A program made the position numbers and the translations under genes. A DNA stretch of 64,000 nt from Flavobacteriales bacterium (GTDB lineage: Bacteria > Bacteroidota > Bacteroidia > JACJYZ01), in NCBI GenBank assembly GCA_020435415.1, contig JAGQZQ010000005.1, positions 619 through 64,618 on the forward strand, written 5' to 3'. The notes under the pieces were generated by a model, which saw nothing but the letters and a program-made list of their open reading frames with translations, was not told the DNA's origin and searched no databases. Every line of letters starts with the position of its first letter. The first letter of the stretch is position 1. Shown piece after piece: positions 40,932 to 47,929 of this stretch.

Positions 40932-40945
40932 TGTTTAAGGTTGCC
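40918..40945 (+). repeat. Four-unit GGTTTNN heptamer array over the stop codon of ORF6N copy 3
   Basis: GGTTTAA GGTTTAA TGTTTAA GGTTGCC. TAA triplets at 40922, 40929 and 40936 fall in three different frames. Confidence 0.85.
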
Positions 40946-40959
40946 GAATTGGCATATCT

Positions 40960-41001
40960 TACTGCCTACTGCCTACTGCCAACTGTCTACTCCCCAACTC
41001 C
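40960..41001 (+). repeat. Six-unit TACTGCC-family heptamer array
   Basis: TACTGCC TACTGCC TACTGCC AACTGTC TACTCCC CAACTCC. The same heptamer builds the inverted-repeat arms at 55066-55090 and 55467-55491. Confidence 0.85.
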
Positions 41002-41039
41002 TCAGGAATACCTATCTTTATTTAACACGAGACGATATT

Positions 41040-41771
41040 ATGAAGAAAGGATTGATATTTACCCTCATGCTGGCTTTGCTGGCGACATTTGGTTGCAGGA
41101 AGGACAAGAACATCGAAAAGAACGTTTCGGCACAAAGCTTCTTATCGGGAGATGATTTTACAAAATTGAATGTGGAGGTGCAGTATGTTACCGGGTTTGC
41201 CCCGACTGCCGCAACAATTGCAAATCTGAAAAGTTTTCTGGAGAAGTACCTGAATAAACCGGGAGGGATCGCTATTGTGCAAACGGAGGTGTCTTCATCA
41301 GGAAAGTCGGTTTATACTATTGATGATGTGAAAGCCATTGAAACCGCACATCGCAGTCAGAAGACAGATGGCAGCACCCTCACCGCATATTTCTTATTCG
41401 CAGATGGAGACTATGCCGGAAATGCAGGAAGCTCTAAAGTATTGGGCATTGCCTATGGAAACAGCTCCATGGTGATCTTTGAAAAAACCATCCGTGATTT
41501 CTCCGGAGGTCTTACACAGCCCTCGGTTACAACCCTGGAGTCTGCGGTGGTTCATCATGAGTTCGGGCATATCCTGGGACTGGTGAATAATGGTACACCT
41601 ATGCAGACGGCGCATCAGGATGCGGCCAATGGCAAACACTGTGACGATAAAAATTGTCTGATGTATTATGCCACGGAAACATCCGACGTCGTGGCAAACC
41701 TTGTCGGCGGTACCATTCCGGAACTGGATAGCCGCTGTGCGGCGGATTTGAAGGCTAATGGTGGGAAGTGA
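41040..41771 (+). CDS. Lipoprotein zinc metalloprotease (HExxHxxG, archaemetzincin-like HCxxxxCxM)
   Basis: Lipobox-type signal MKKGLIFTLMLALLATFGC. HHEFGHILGL followed by KHCDDKNCLMYY. The ORF-track start at 40941 lies in the repeat array and the ATG at 41040 precedes the signal peptide. Confidence 0.65.
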   Translation: MKKGLIFTLMLALLATFGCRKDKNIEKNVSAQSFLSGDDFTKLNVEVQYVTGFAPTAATIANLKSFLEKYLNKPGGIAIVQTEVSSSGKSVYTIDDVKAIETAHRSQKTDGSTLTAYFLFADGDYAGNAGSSKVLGIAYGNSSMVIFEKTIRDFSGGLTQPSVTTLESAVVHHEFGHILGLVNNGTPMQTAHQDAANGKHCDDKNCLMYYATETSDVVANLVGGTIPELDSRCAADLKANGGK

Positions 41772-41832
41772 TCGTCAATTTATTGATACGGATAACATGT
41801 GTTGCTATCTTTGGGACATATGAACAAGCGAA

Positions 41833-42333
41833 GTGACAGAAAATAACAACTACAAAATCCCCGCAGCTACCCGCATCGGCCACGTACACTTAAAGGTGTC
41901 GGATATCCAACGGTCTCTTGATTTTTACTGCGGACTACTAGGCTTTGAATTGATAACTACCTACGGTCCTGAGGCTGCGTTTATTTCTGCCGGCGGATAC
42001 CATCATCATATCGGACTGAATACCTGGCAAAGCAAAAATGCACCGCCACCTCCTGCAAATACAACCGGACTTTTCCATGTTGCCATTCTTTATCCTACCA
42101 GGAAGGACCTCGCATATATCTTCACGAGATTACGTGAAGCAGACTATCCCCTGACCGGTGCTTCCGATCATGGGGTATCTGAAGCCCTTTACCTTAACGA
42201 TCCTGATCAGAACGGCCTGGAGCTTTATTGGGACCGACCTGAAAACCAATGGCCGCGAAAACCCGATGATTCGCTGGATATGTTTACCAAATCCCTTGAT
42301 ATCGCTGGCTTGTTGAATGAGTTAAGCCGGTAG
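41833..42333 (+). CDS. VOC-family (glyoxalase / extradiol dioxygenase fold) protein
   Basis: RIGHVHLKVSDIQRSLDFYCGLLGFEL...YHHHIGLNTW...FHVAI...SEALYLNDPDQNGLELY is a paired beta-alpha-beta-beta-beta module pattern. GTG start. Confidence 0.75.
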   Translation: MTENNNYKIPAATRIGHVHLKVSDIQRSLDFYCGLLGFELITTYGPEAAFISAGGYHHHIGLNTWQSKNAPPPPANTTGLFHVAILYPTRKDLAYIFTRLREADYPLTGASDHGVSEALYLNDPDQNGLELYWDRPENQWPRKPDDSLDMFTKSLDIAGLLNELSR

Positions 42334-42431
42334 AGACCCGATCTAAGGTAATCAGGTAGCTGTTCTTTCTTGGTATCCCGTGGTTTTATGGCAAAGATGT
42401 CGTATATTTCCTTTTGCATAATACCAAGAGG

Positions 42432-42980
42432 ATGGGGATTAAAAGAAGCTTTTTGATTGTGGTGGTGGCAATGTGCACGACGCCGGTGTTATTCGCGCAG
42501 GTCCGTATGGATGGCTTCGCATTCAGCCCCAAACTCGGGTGTTTTCACATGGCTAATCATTCAGACGGCGTTGGGTTAGGAGGGGAGTTCCAGGTTCGTG
42601 AGCGGAATAATCTTTTTTCGCTGGGTTATTATGAGGGATATGACATTTTTATGCGATACCCCAGTCAGGGACCAACGCACTCCGTTTGGTTGATGATCGG
42701 TAAGTATAGAGGTGAGCGCCTCTCCAGATTGTACTACCAGATTGGCATCTCACCGGTTTGGGGCAGAAAAAATTACTTGATTGGAAACTCGCAGGATATT
42801 ATCACCCAGAATTTCTTCAGAATGGGCCTCGGTATGCAGGTAGGTTATGCGCTGTTGGTCTCCCGCTCCGTGGGCCTTGGCGTGGATATGCATGCCAATC
42901 TGAATACGGAAGGATGCATGTACATGCCCATGCTGAGTTTGAAAATCGGAAGACTGAGGAGATCACTTCAAAGAGAATAA
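42432..42980 (+). CDS. Secreted hypothetical protein, possibly a small outer-membrane beta-barrel
   Basis: Signal peptide (FLIVVVAMCTTPVLFAQ) followed by alternating hydrophobic/aromatic strands. The ORF-track start at 42414 is TTG and the ATG is at 42432. Confidence 0.45.
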   Translation: MGIKRSFLIVVVAMCTTPVLFAQVRMDGFAFSPKLGCFHMANHSDGVGLGGEFQVRERNNLFSLGYYEGYDIFMRYPSQGPTHSVWLMIGKYRGERLSRLYYQIGISPVWGRKNYLIGNSQDIITQNFFRMGLGMQVGYALLVSRSVGLGVDMHANLNTEGCMYMPMLSLKIGRLRRSLQRE

Positions 42981-43222
42981 TCATTCTTGGAACGTCAATC
43001 ACAACATTGTTTGCTGTGTGATCACAGAAATTCGTACCCCTTAACGGTTGGGACATTACCAATGTCAATGGTGCTGATAAACGTTCGTGTGAATATGAAC
43101 ATATATCCCACCGTTTAAATTTAAGGCAATATTTTATATAGACTTCTCATTAACTTCTTCATAACGGCCTGTGGATCTTCTGTAATCCCCGTATATTTAT
43201 TCATTCAAAATAGCATGGCGTT

Positions 43223-44119
43223 ATGTATAAATTTCACAAGATCCTTTTTGTTATTGCAACCCTATCCGCATGCAATGCCCCATCCCCGGATAGTACAATG
43301 GTCTCATCGTCGGCCGATGAAGAAAAAATGCTATCACAGCCAACGGCCGTTACCCCCGCACAGGAAGTCATTATGAGGGAACACCTGGACAGTGGAGCGC
43401 AGGGGATGAATTATTATGTTTATGGTAAGGAGTACCGGGAAGAGATCGACAAAGGACTGGCAAAGGATTCTACCATTGCCTACCTCTGGCAGCAAAGGGC
43501 CATGCCCTTGTTCAAACAAGGTAAGTATGAACTTGGAATGTCTTATATAGACAAGGCTGTAAAATATGACCCCTTCCATTGGATGCCGTATCGTGCCTTT
43601 ATCAAATGCATTTTCGCGCAAACCTACCGTGATGCCATCGCAGATTTTGAGAAATGCAGGACGGTCCTGGGCAATGCGTATGTGATGGATCATACATACA
43701 ACTTTTACATCGCACTTTGTAAACTGCAATTGAATGAGTTTGAAGACGCGGAAAGGATGTTGGAAACAGAAGTGGACAGTCAGGCAGTATTGTATGGTGA
43801 CGGCCTTGTGCACCATCTGGATTTGTTTTACCTCGGCATGAGTAAATATGAGCTTGGAAAATATGAGGAGGCGGTTTCGGTGTTTGACCGTGCGCTGGAA
43901 AAATACCCGCAGTTCTCGGATGTTCAATACTACAAGAGTTATTGTTTGTTGCGACTGGGCAGAGTAGAAGAGGCCGAGGCGTTGTTTGCACTGGCAAAGG
44001 AAAACGGAAGAGCGGGCTATACGATCAATGAAGACAACGAAGTATATGAACGTTATCCTTACCAGGTGAGATGGAGTCATATTCGAAGGCCCCTGCAGTC
44101 AGGAGCACCCAGGACTTGA
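43223..44119 (+). CDS. TPR-repeat lipoprotein
   Basis: Lipobox ILFVIATLSAC followed by several TPR-like A..Y..A/G..ee.A...F..AL helical pairs. Confidence 0.65.
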   Translation: MYKFHKILFVIATLSACNAPSPDSTMVSSSADEEKMLSQPTAVTPAQEVIMREHLDSGAQGMNYYVYGKEYREEIDKGLAKDSTIAYLWQQRAMPLFKQGKYELGMSYIDKAVKYDPFHWMPYRAFIKCIFAQTYRDAIADFEKCRTVLGNAYVMDHTYNFYIALCKLQLNEFEDAERMLETEVDSQAVLYGDGLVHHLDLFYLGMSKYELGKYEEAVSVFDRALEKYPQFSDVQYYKSYCLLRLGRVEEAEALFALAKENGRAGYTINEDNEVYERYPYQVRWSHIRRPLQSGAPRT

Positions 44120-44353
44120 ATCCGGCTGTTTTAAGTATTCGGTGTGCCTATTGGTAATCGGTAACCTTACCTTCTCTTTTTTAGTATAGCAATATCCCGG
44201 TGGAACCTCTGCGCCGGGTGATCATTTGCAGTCCAACTTGTGCATAAAACTTGGTGGTACAAGTTTTGAGCATATCATTAGCATTCAGTTGCCGGGAATG
44301 GTACCATATCATAACCTTGTACGGAATGCCGTTAATCCGATAGCGCACATCGA

Positions 44354-45007
44354 ATGCAACTAAACAAACATATATTAAGCAAGCCGGGGCTATGGGCGCT
44401 GATCACCATTCTTTTGCCTGTGGTGTTTGTGTTTTGGGCAGATTGGCGTGTGACATCCAGCGCGGTGGGCAAGACCTTCACCGATTCGGAATCCTTACCG
44501 GAAAATAAGGTTGGGTTGCTGCTGGGGACCGGAAAGATCCTTGGCAATGGTCACATCAACTTGTACTATAAATACCGGATTGATGCTGCCGTTCAATTAT
44601 ATGAATCCGGAAAGATTCATTATGTGCTGATCAGTGGAGATAACAGCAAAAGTTATTACGATGAGCCTACCACCATGAAACGGGACCTGATCAAACGGGG
44701 TGTTCCTTCGGATAAGATCTACCTTGACTATGCAGGGTTTCGGACGCTGGACTCCGTGGTCCGGGCCCGGGAGATCTTCGGGCAGGAAAGCATCACCGTT
44801 ATTTCACAGCGCTTTCATAATCAGCGCGCCATTTACATAGCGGATAGCAAGGGGATGCAGGCCGTTGGTTACAACGCGCAGGATGTTACGGCAGGTTATG
44901 GTTTCAAAGTGATGGTACGGGAAAAACTGGCCCGCGCCAAAATGTACCTCGATCTTATCTTCGGTATAAAACCAAAATTCCTGGGGAAGAAGATTGTGAT
45001 TAAATAG
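44354..45007 (+). CDS. sanA: SanA/YdcF (DUF218) family protein
   Basis: N-terminal TM helix and ...LLGTGK...YRIDAA..LY..GKI...L.SGDN....YDEP..M...L...GVP...I.LDYAGFRTLDS.VRA.EIFG......ISQ.FHN.RA.YIA matches SanA. Confidence 0.8.
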   Translation: MQLNKHILSKPGLWALITILLPVVFVFWADWRVTSSAVGKTFTDSESLPENKVGLLLGTGKILGNGHINLYYKYRIDAAVQLYESGKIHYVLISGDNSKSYYDEPTTMKRDLIKRGVPSDKIYLDYAGFRTLDSVVRAREIFGQESITVISQRFHNQRAIYIADSKGMQAVGYNAQDVTAGYGFKVMVREKLARAKMYLDLIFGIKPKFLGKKIVIK

Positions 45008-45146
45008 AGGTTTAAAGTTTCTGGTTTGTAGTTTCTTGTTTCTGGTTGGGGGACATTCGTTGTTGCGAATGACATAGAAGGGTTAATGGTTTAAAGAGTA
45101 AGGTTTAAGGTTGCCGCACAGAAAACCCCTTTTCAAATTGTCATAT

Positions 45147-45162
45147 CACCACATCACCAAAT
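45147..45162 (+). repeat. Octamer array, 2 units (CACCACAT CACCAAAT)
   Basis: Direct reading. It terminates composite unit 1. Confidence 0.85.
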
Positions 45163-45177
45163 AGTTTTTAGTTTTTA

Positions 45178-45256
45178 GTTTCTGGTTGGGGGACATTCGG
45201 ATCTGACTTATGATTGTCTGGTGTCAAATGGTTACCAGTTGTTGCCCATTTTCAAA
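45178..45256 (+). repeat. 79-bp long repeat, copy A
   Basis: GTTTCTGGTTGGGGGACATTCGGATCTGACTTATGATTGTCTGGTGTCAAATGGTTACCAGTTGTTGCCCATTTTCAAA. It is about 92% identical to 45338-45415, and its first 22 nt also occur at 45038-45059. Confidence 0.9.
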
Positions 45257-45297
45257 CGAGCCTGCTATCACAATGGCTGGCGCTTCGGCTGGCAGGT

Positions 45298-45329
45298 CAC
45301 CACATCACCAAATCACCAAATCACCAAAT
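45298..45329 (+). repeat. Octamer array, 4 units (CACCACAT + 3x CACCAAAT)
   Basis: Direct reading. It terminates composite unit 2. Confidence 0.85.
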
Positions 45330-45337
45330 AGCTTCTT

Positions 45338-45415
45338 GTTTCTGGTTGGGGACATTCGGATCTGACTTATGATTGTCTGATATCACATGGTTACCAGTTG
45401 TTGCCCATCTTTAAA
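45338..45415 (+). repeat. 78-bp long repeat, copy B
   Basis: It differs from copy A by one G deletion and about five substitutions. Confidence 0.9.
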
Positions 45416-45416
45416 T

Positions 45417-45472
45417 CACCACATCATCACATCATCACATCACCGCATCACCACATCACCACATCACCAAAT
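45417..45472 (+). repeat. Octamer array, 7 units (CACCACAT CATCACAT CATCACAT CACCGCAT CACCACAT CACCACAT CACCAAAT)
   Basis: Direct reading. It terminates composite unit 3. Confidence 0.85.
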
Positions 45473-45637
45473 AAATCCCCACGCAACATCCCATCCAAAC
45501 GTTCGTCTATCATTCGAATAACCTTGTCTTTGAAAAGCGAGAATTTATCTCAAAATTTAACCTTGAATTTATTTACCTCCCTGTTTAAAATTTATAACTT
45601 GTTCGTTATTACTTGTATAACCAAACCCGAATAAACT

Positions 45638-46093
45638 ATGGCCACAGTAAATGTTTATCTCACTTTCGATGGAAATTGCAAGGAAGCCTTCGATTTCTAT
45701 AAATCTGTATTTGGAGGAGATTTTCAATCTGTAAACACCTTTGGTGAAATGCCTCCGCAAGAAGGGCGACCACCGCTTCCGGAAGAGATGAAGAAGCGGT
45801 TGATGCATATTTCACTTCCCATCAGCAAGGAAACGTCCATCATGGGTAGCGACATCATGCCCGGTATGGGACCTGATCTGAATGTAGGGAATAACTTCAG
45901 CTTGTCTGTACACCCTTCCAGCAAAGGTGAAGCGGATAAGATCTTCCAGGCGCTTGCCCAGGGTGGACAAGTGAACATGCCGATGGAAGAAACATTCTGG
46001 AATGCCTATTTCGGAATGCTCACCGATAAATTCGGGATCAACTGGATGGTCAATTACGAATTGCAAAAGGAAACAGTAACCTCTAATAACTAA
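45638..46093 (+). CDS. PhnB-like VOC-superfamily protein (151 aa)
   Basis: VNVYLTFDGNCKEAFDFYKSVFGG...LMHISLPI...IMGSD...FWNAYFGMLTDKFGINWMV is the PhnB/3-demethylubiquinone-methyltransferase-like family pattern. Confidence 0.75.
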   Translation: MATVNVYLTFDGNCKEAFDFYKSVFGGDFQSVNTFGEMPPQEGRPPLPEEMKKRLMHISLPISKETSIMGSDIMPGMGPDLNVGNNFSLSVHPSSKGEADKIFQALAQGGQVNMPMEETFWNAYFGMLTDKFGINWMVNYELQKETVTSNN

Positions 46094-46105
46094 TCTAAAA
46101 CAATC

Positions 46106-46447
46106 ATGAAAAAGTATCTTGTAACTTATCATGCACCTGTGAGTGCGCAGGAACAAATGCAAAATAATTCACCTGAAGATGCTCAAAAGGGCATGGAAGC
46201 CTGGATGAACTGGGCTAAAAAATGCGGTGAGCATATGGTAGACCTCGGAACCCCGCTCATGGGTGGTCAAAAACTGGATACCAACGGTGGCAGCACAGCC
46301 AGCAAAAATGAAGTGTGTGGTTATTCCATCCTGCAGGCTGAAAGCATGGAGCATGCCAAACAGCTTCTTCAGGGACACCCGCATCTGGGATATGATAACA
46401 CCTGTCAGATTGAAGTGCACGAAGCACTGCCAATTCCAGGGATGTAA
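46106..46447 (+). CDS. Small conserved hypothetical protein (113 aa), possibly a YciI-like dimeric alpha/beta barrel
   Basis: Clean ATG ORF with tight spacing after the PhnB-like gene, followed by an intrinsic terminator. The fold assignment is only a guess. Confidence 0.4.
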   Translation: MKKYLVTYHAPVSAQEQMQNNSPEDAQKGMEAWMNWAKKCGEHMVDLGTPLMGGQKLDTNGGSTASKNEVCGYSILQAESMEHAKQLLQGHPHLGYDNTCQIEVHEALPIPGM

Positions 46448-46474
46448 TCCATTGGTATTACCTGAAAATTCATC

Positions 46475-46506
46475 GTGCCGGTTTATTTCAAGCCGGCACT
46501 TTTTTT
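46475..46506 (+). terminator. Intrinsic terminator
   Basis: GTGCCGGTT (46475-46483) pairs with AGCCGGCAC (46491-46499) with one G-U pair and a 7-nt loop, followed by seven T at 46500-46506. Confidence 0.75.
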
Positions 46507-46557
46507 GTCCGATTCATTTACATTTGCATCAGCTCTCTATCTCCTGAAAAGGATTCC

Positions 46558-47232
46558 ATGACCGAATTGCCATTCTATATTTCTCTATTGTTCGGAATTA
46601 CAGTGTTGATCTCCATCGCCTGGTTTTATATGGCCTGTCGTTCACGGGAATTCCTGATCATAGCCCTTTTGTGGACCATTATCCAATCGGTTCTGGGTAT
46701 AACAGGAGTATATGAGGATGCGCAAACCATGCCGCCACGTATCATGGCATTCGGTGTCTTTCCTGCCATACTATTGATTGTCGTGCTATTGTTAAGCAGG
46801 CGTGGAAAAAAATGGATGGATAGGCTATCCCTGAAAACGCTTACGACATTTCATACGATCCGCATACCGGTGGAAGTAGTGTTGGCACTGTTATATCATC
46901 ATGGAATGGTATCTGTATACATGACTTTTGAAGGAACCAACTTGGATATTATTTCGGGAATCTCAGCACTGCCTGTGGCCATACTTGCATTCCGTGCACA
47001 AACGTTCAACGGGAAATTGTTTCTCGCATGGAACGTTCTTTGTCTTATACTCCTTCTCAATGTCGTCATCACAGCAGCCTTTGCGATTCCAACCCCATTT
47101 CAACGCCTGGCATTTGATCAGCCCAATATCGCAGTTTTGTATTTCCCGTTTAACCTGTTACCAACCGTGGTAGTGCCACTGGTATTGTTGGGTCACATTG
47201 TCGCATTGAAGCGGTGGAACAAAAAGTTGTAA
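46558..47232 (+). CDS. Integral membrane protein of unknown function (224 aa, about 6 TM helices)
   Basis: Hydrophobic segments run throughout. I recognise no family motif. Confidence 0.55.
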   Translation: MTELPFYISLLFGITVLISIAWFYMACRSREFLIIALLWTIIQSVLGITGVYEDAQTMPPRIMAFGVFPAILLIVVLLLSRRGKKWMDRLSLKTLTTFHTIRIPVEVVLALLYHHGMVSVYMTFEGTNLDIISGISALPVAILAFRAQTFNGKLFLAWNVLCLILLLNVVITAAFAIPTPFQRLAFDQPNIAVLYFPFNLLPTVVVPLVLLGHIVALKRWNKKL

Positions 47233-47267
47233 CCGGTTAAAAACTTGAGTAATTAAAAGCGTCAAAT

Positions 47268-47561
47268 ATGATGGAACTTCGCCTTACCTGTGAACACTGT
47301 GATTGTGCCTTGCCCAACGATAGCGACCGGGCCATGATCTGTACGTATGATTGCACCTTTTGTAAAACTTGCGTGGAGGAAGTGTTATTCAATGTTTGCC
47401 CCAACTGTGGAGGTGGATTTGAAAAGCGCCCGACCCGGCCCGCAGGTCAATTGGAGAAATATCCTCCGCGACAGGAAAAGGTGTTCAAACCCATTGATCC
47501 GGATACGTTTGCGCCCCTACTGAAAAAGTACAGGGATGTTGATCCGCGAAAAAGGATCTGA
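47268..47561 (+). CDS. DUF1272-family Cys-rich zinc-binding protein
   Basis: LRLTCEHCDCALPNDSDRAMICTYDCTFCKTCVEEVLFNVCPNCGGGFEKRPTRP matches the DUF1272 pattern (CxxC ... CxxxCxxCxxC ... CPNCGG). Confidence 0.75.
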   Translation: MMELRLTCEHCDCALPNDSDRAMICTYDCTFCKTCVEEVLFNVCPNCGGGFEKRPTRPAGQLEKYPPRQEKVFKPIDPDTFAPLLKKYRDVDPRKRI

Positions 47562-47612
47562 CTTTATAGAAGTCTGACATTCTCGTACCTTTAGTGTTTA
47601 ACACACATTGCC

Positions 47613-47882
47613 ATGAGCAAAACTTATAAGATCTGCCAAAGCTGTAGCATGCCGCTTAAGAAGGACGCACAAGGCGGCGGTACGAATGCCGATGGGTGCA
47701 AAAGCAACATGTATTGCTCCCTTTGTAATCAGAACGGGACATTTCTGAATCCTGAGATCAATTCCGCAGAAAAGATGCAGGCATTCGTGAAAGATAAGTT
47801 GAGGTCCATGGGATTTCCGGGGTTTCTGAGCGGTTTATTTACCAAAGGAATTCCACGCCTGGAGCGGTGGAAGATGAAATGA
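47613..47882 (+). CDS. Putative zinc-ribbon domain protein (89 aa)
   Basis: CQSCSMPL...GGTNADG..S..YCSLCNQNGTF matches the small putative zinc ribbon family (CxxC...CxxC). Confidence 0.65.
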   Translation: MSKTYKICQSCSMPLKKDAQGGGTNADGCKSNMYCSLCNQNGTFLNPEINSAEKMQAFVKDKLRSMGFPGFLSGLFTKGIPRLERWKMK

Positions 47883-47929
47883 TAAGGTGCGAAAACCTTA
47901 AATTCTCGTCGTAAAACAGAACGGATTAC

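Larger units (their letters stand above)
45009..45473 (+). repeat. Three tandem composite repeat units (about 164, 158 and 143 bp) filling the sanA-VOC intergenic region
   Basis: Each unit has a T/G-rich heptamer stretch, GTTTCTGGTTGGGG(G)ACATTCG, a variable core, CCC(A)TTTTCAAA-like sequence, and an octamer array ending CACCAAATA(G/A). Units start near 45009, 45173 and 45331. Confidence 0.85.

Noticed and set aside
44246-44267. Hairpin AAAACTTG-gtggta-CAAGTTTT upstream of sanA as a riboswitch or terminator
   Set aside because: It is a single short AT-rich stem with no flanking conserved elements or U-tract. The evidence is insufficient.
40933-45116. The 14-nt exact direct repeat GTTTAAGGTTGCCG as att-type ends of a genomic island
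   Set aside because: Several exact 14-mer repeats are expected by chance in 64 kb, and more in low-complexity DNA. There is no recombinase. It is reported only as part of the shared array architecture.
45147-45473. Could the regularly spaced repeats between sanA and the PhnB-like gene be a CRISPR array?
   Set aside because: The repeated cores are 78-79 bp, only two to three copies exist, and the spacers are themselves repeats (octamer and heptamer arrays). No cas genes are present in the window. The architecture is a tandem composite duplication, not repeat-spacer.
45398-45634. 78-aa ORF encoding a His-rich peptide (SPHHHIITSPHHHITTSP...)
   Set aside because: It is simply the translation of the CACCACAT octamer array. 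It has a non-ATG start, no ribosome-binding context and no compositional resemblance to real proteins downstream.
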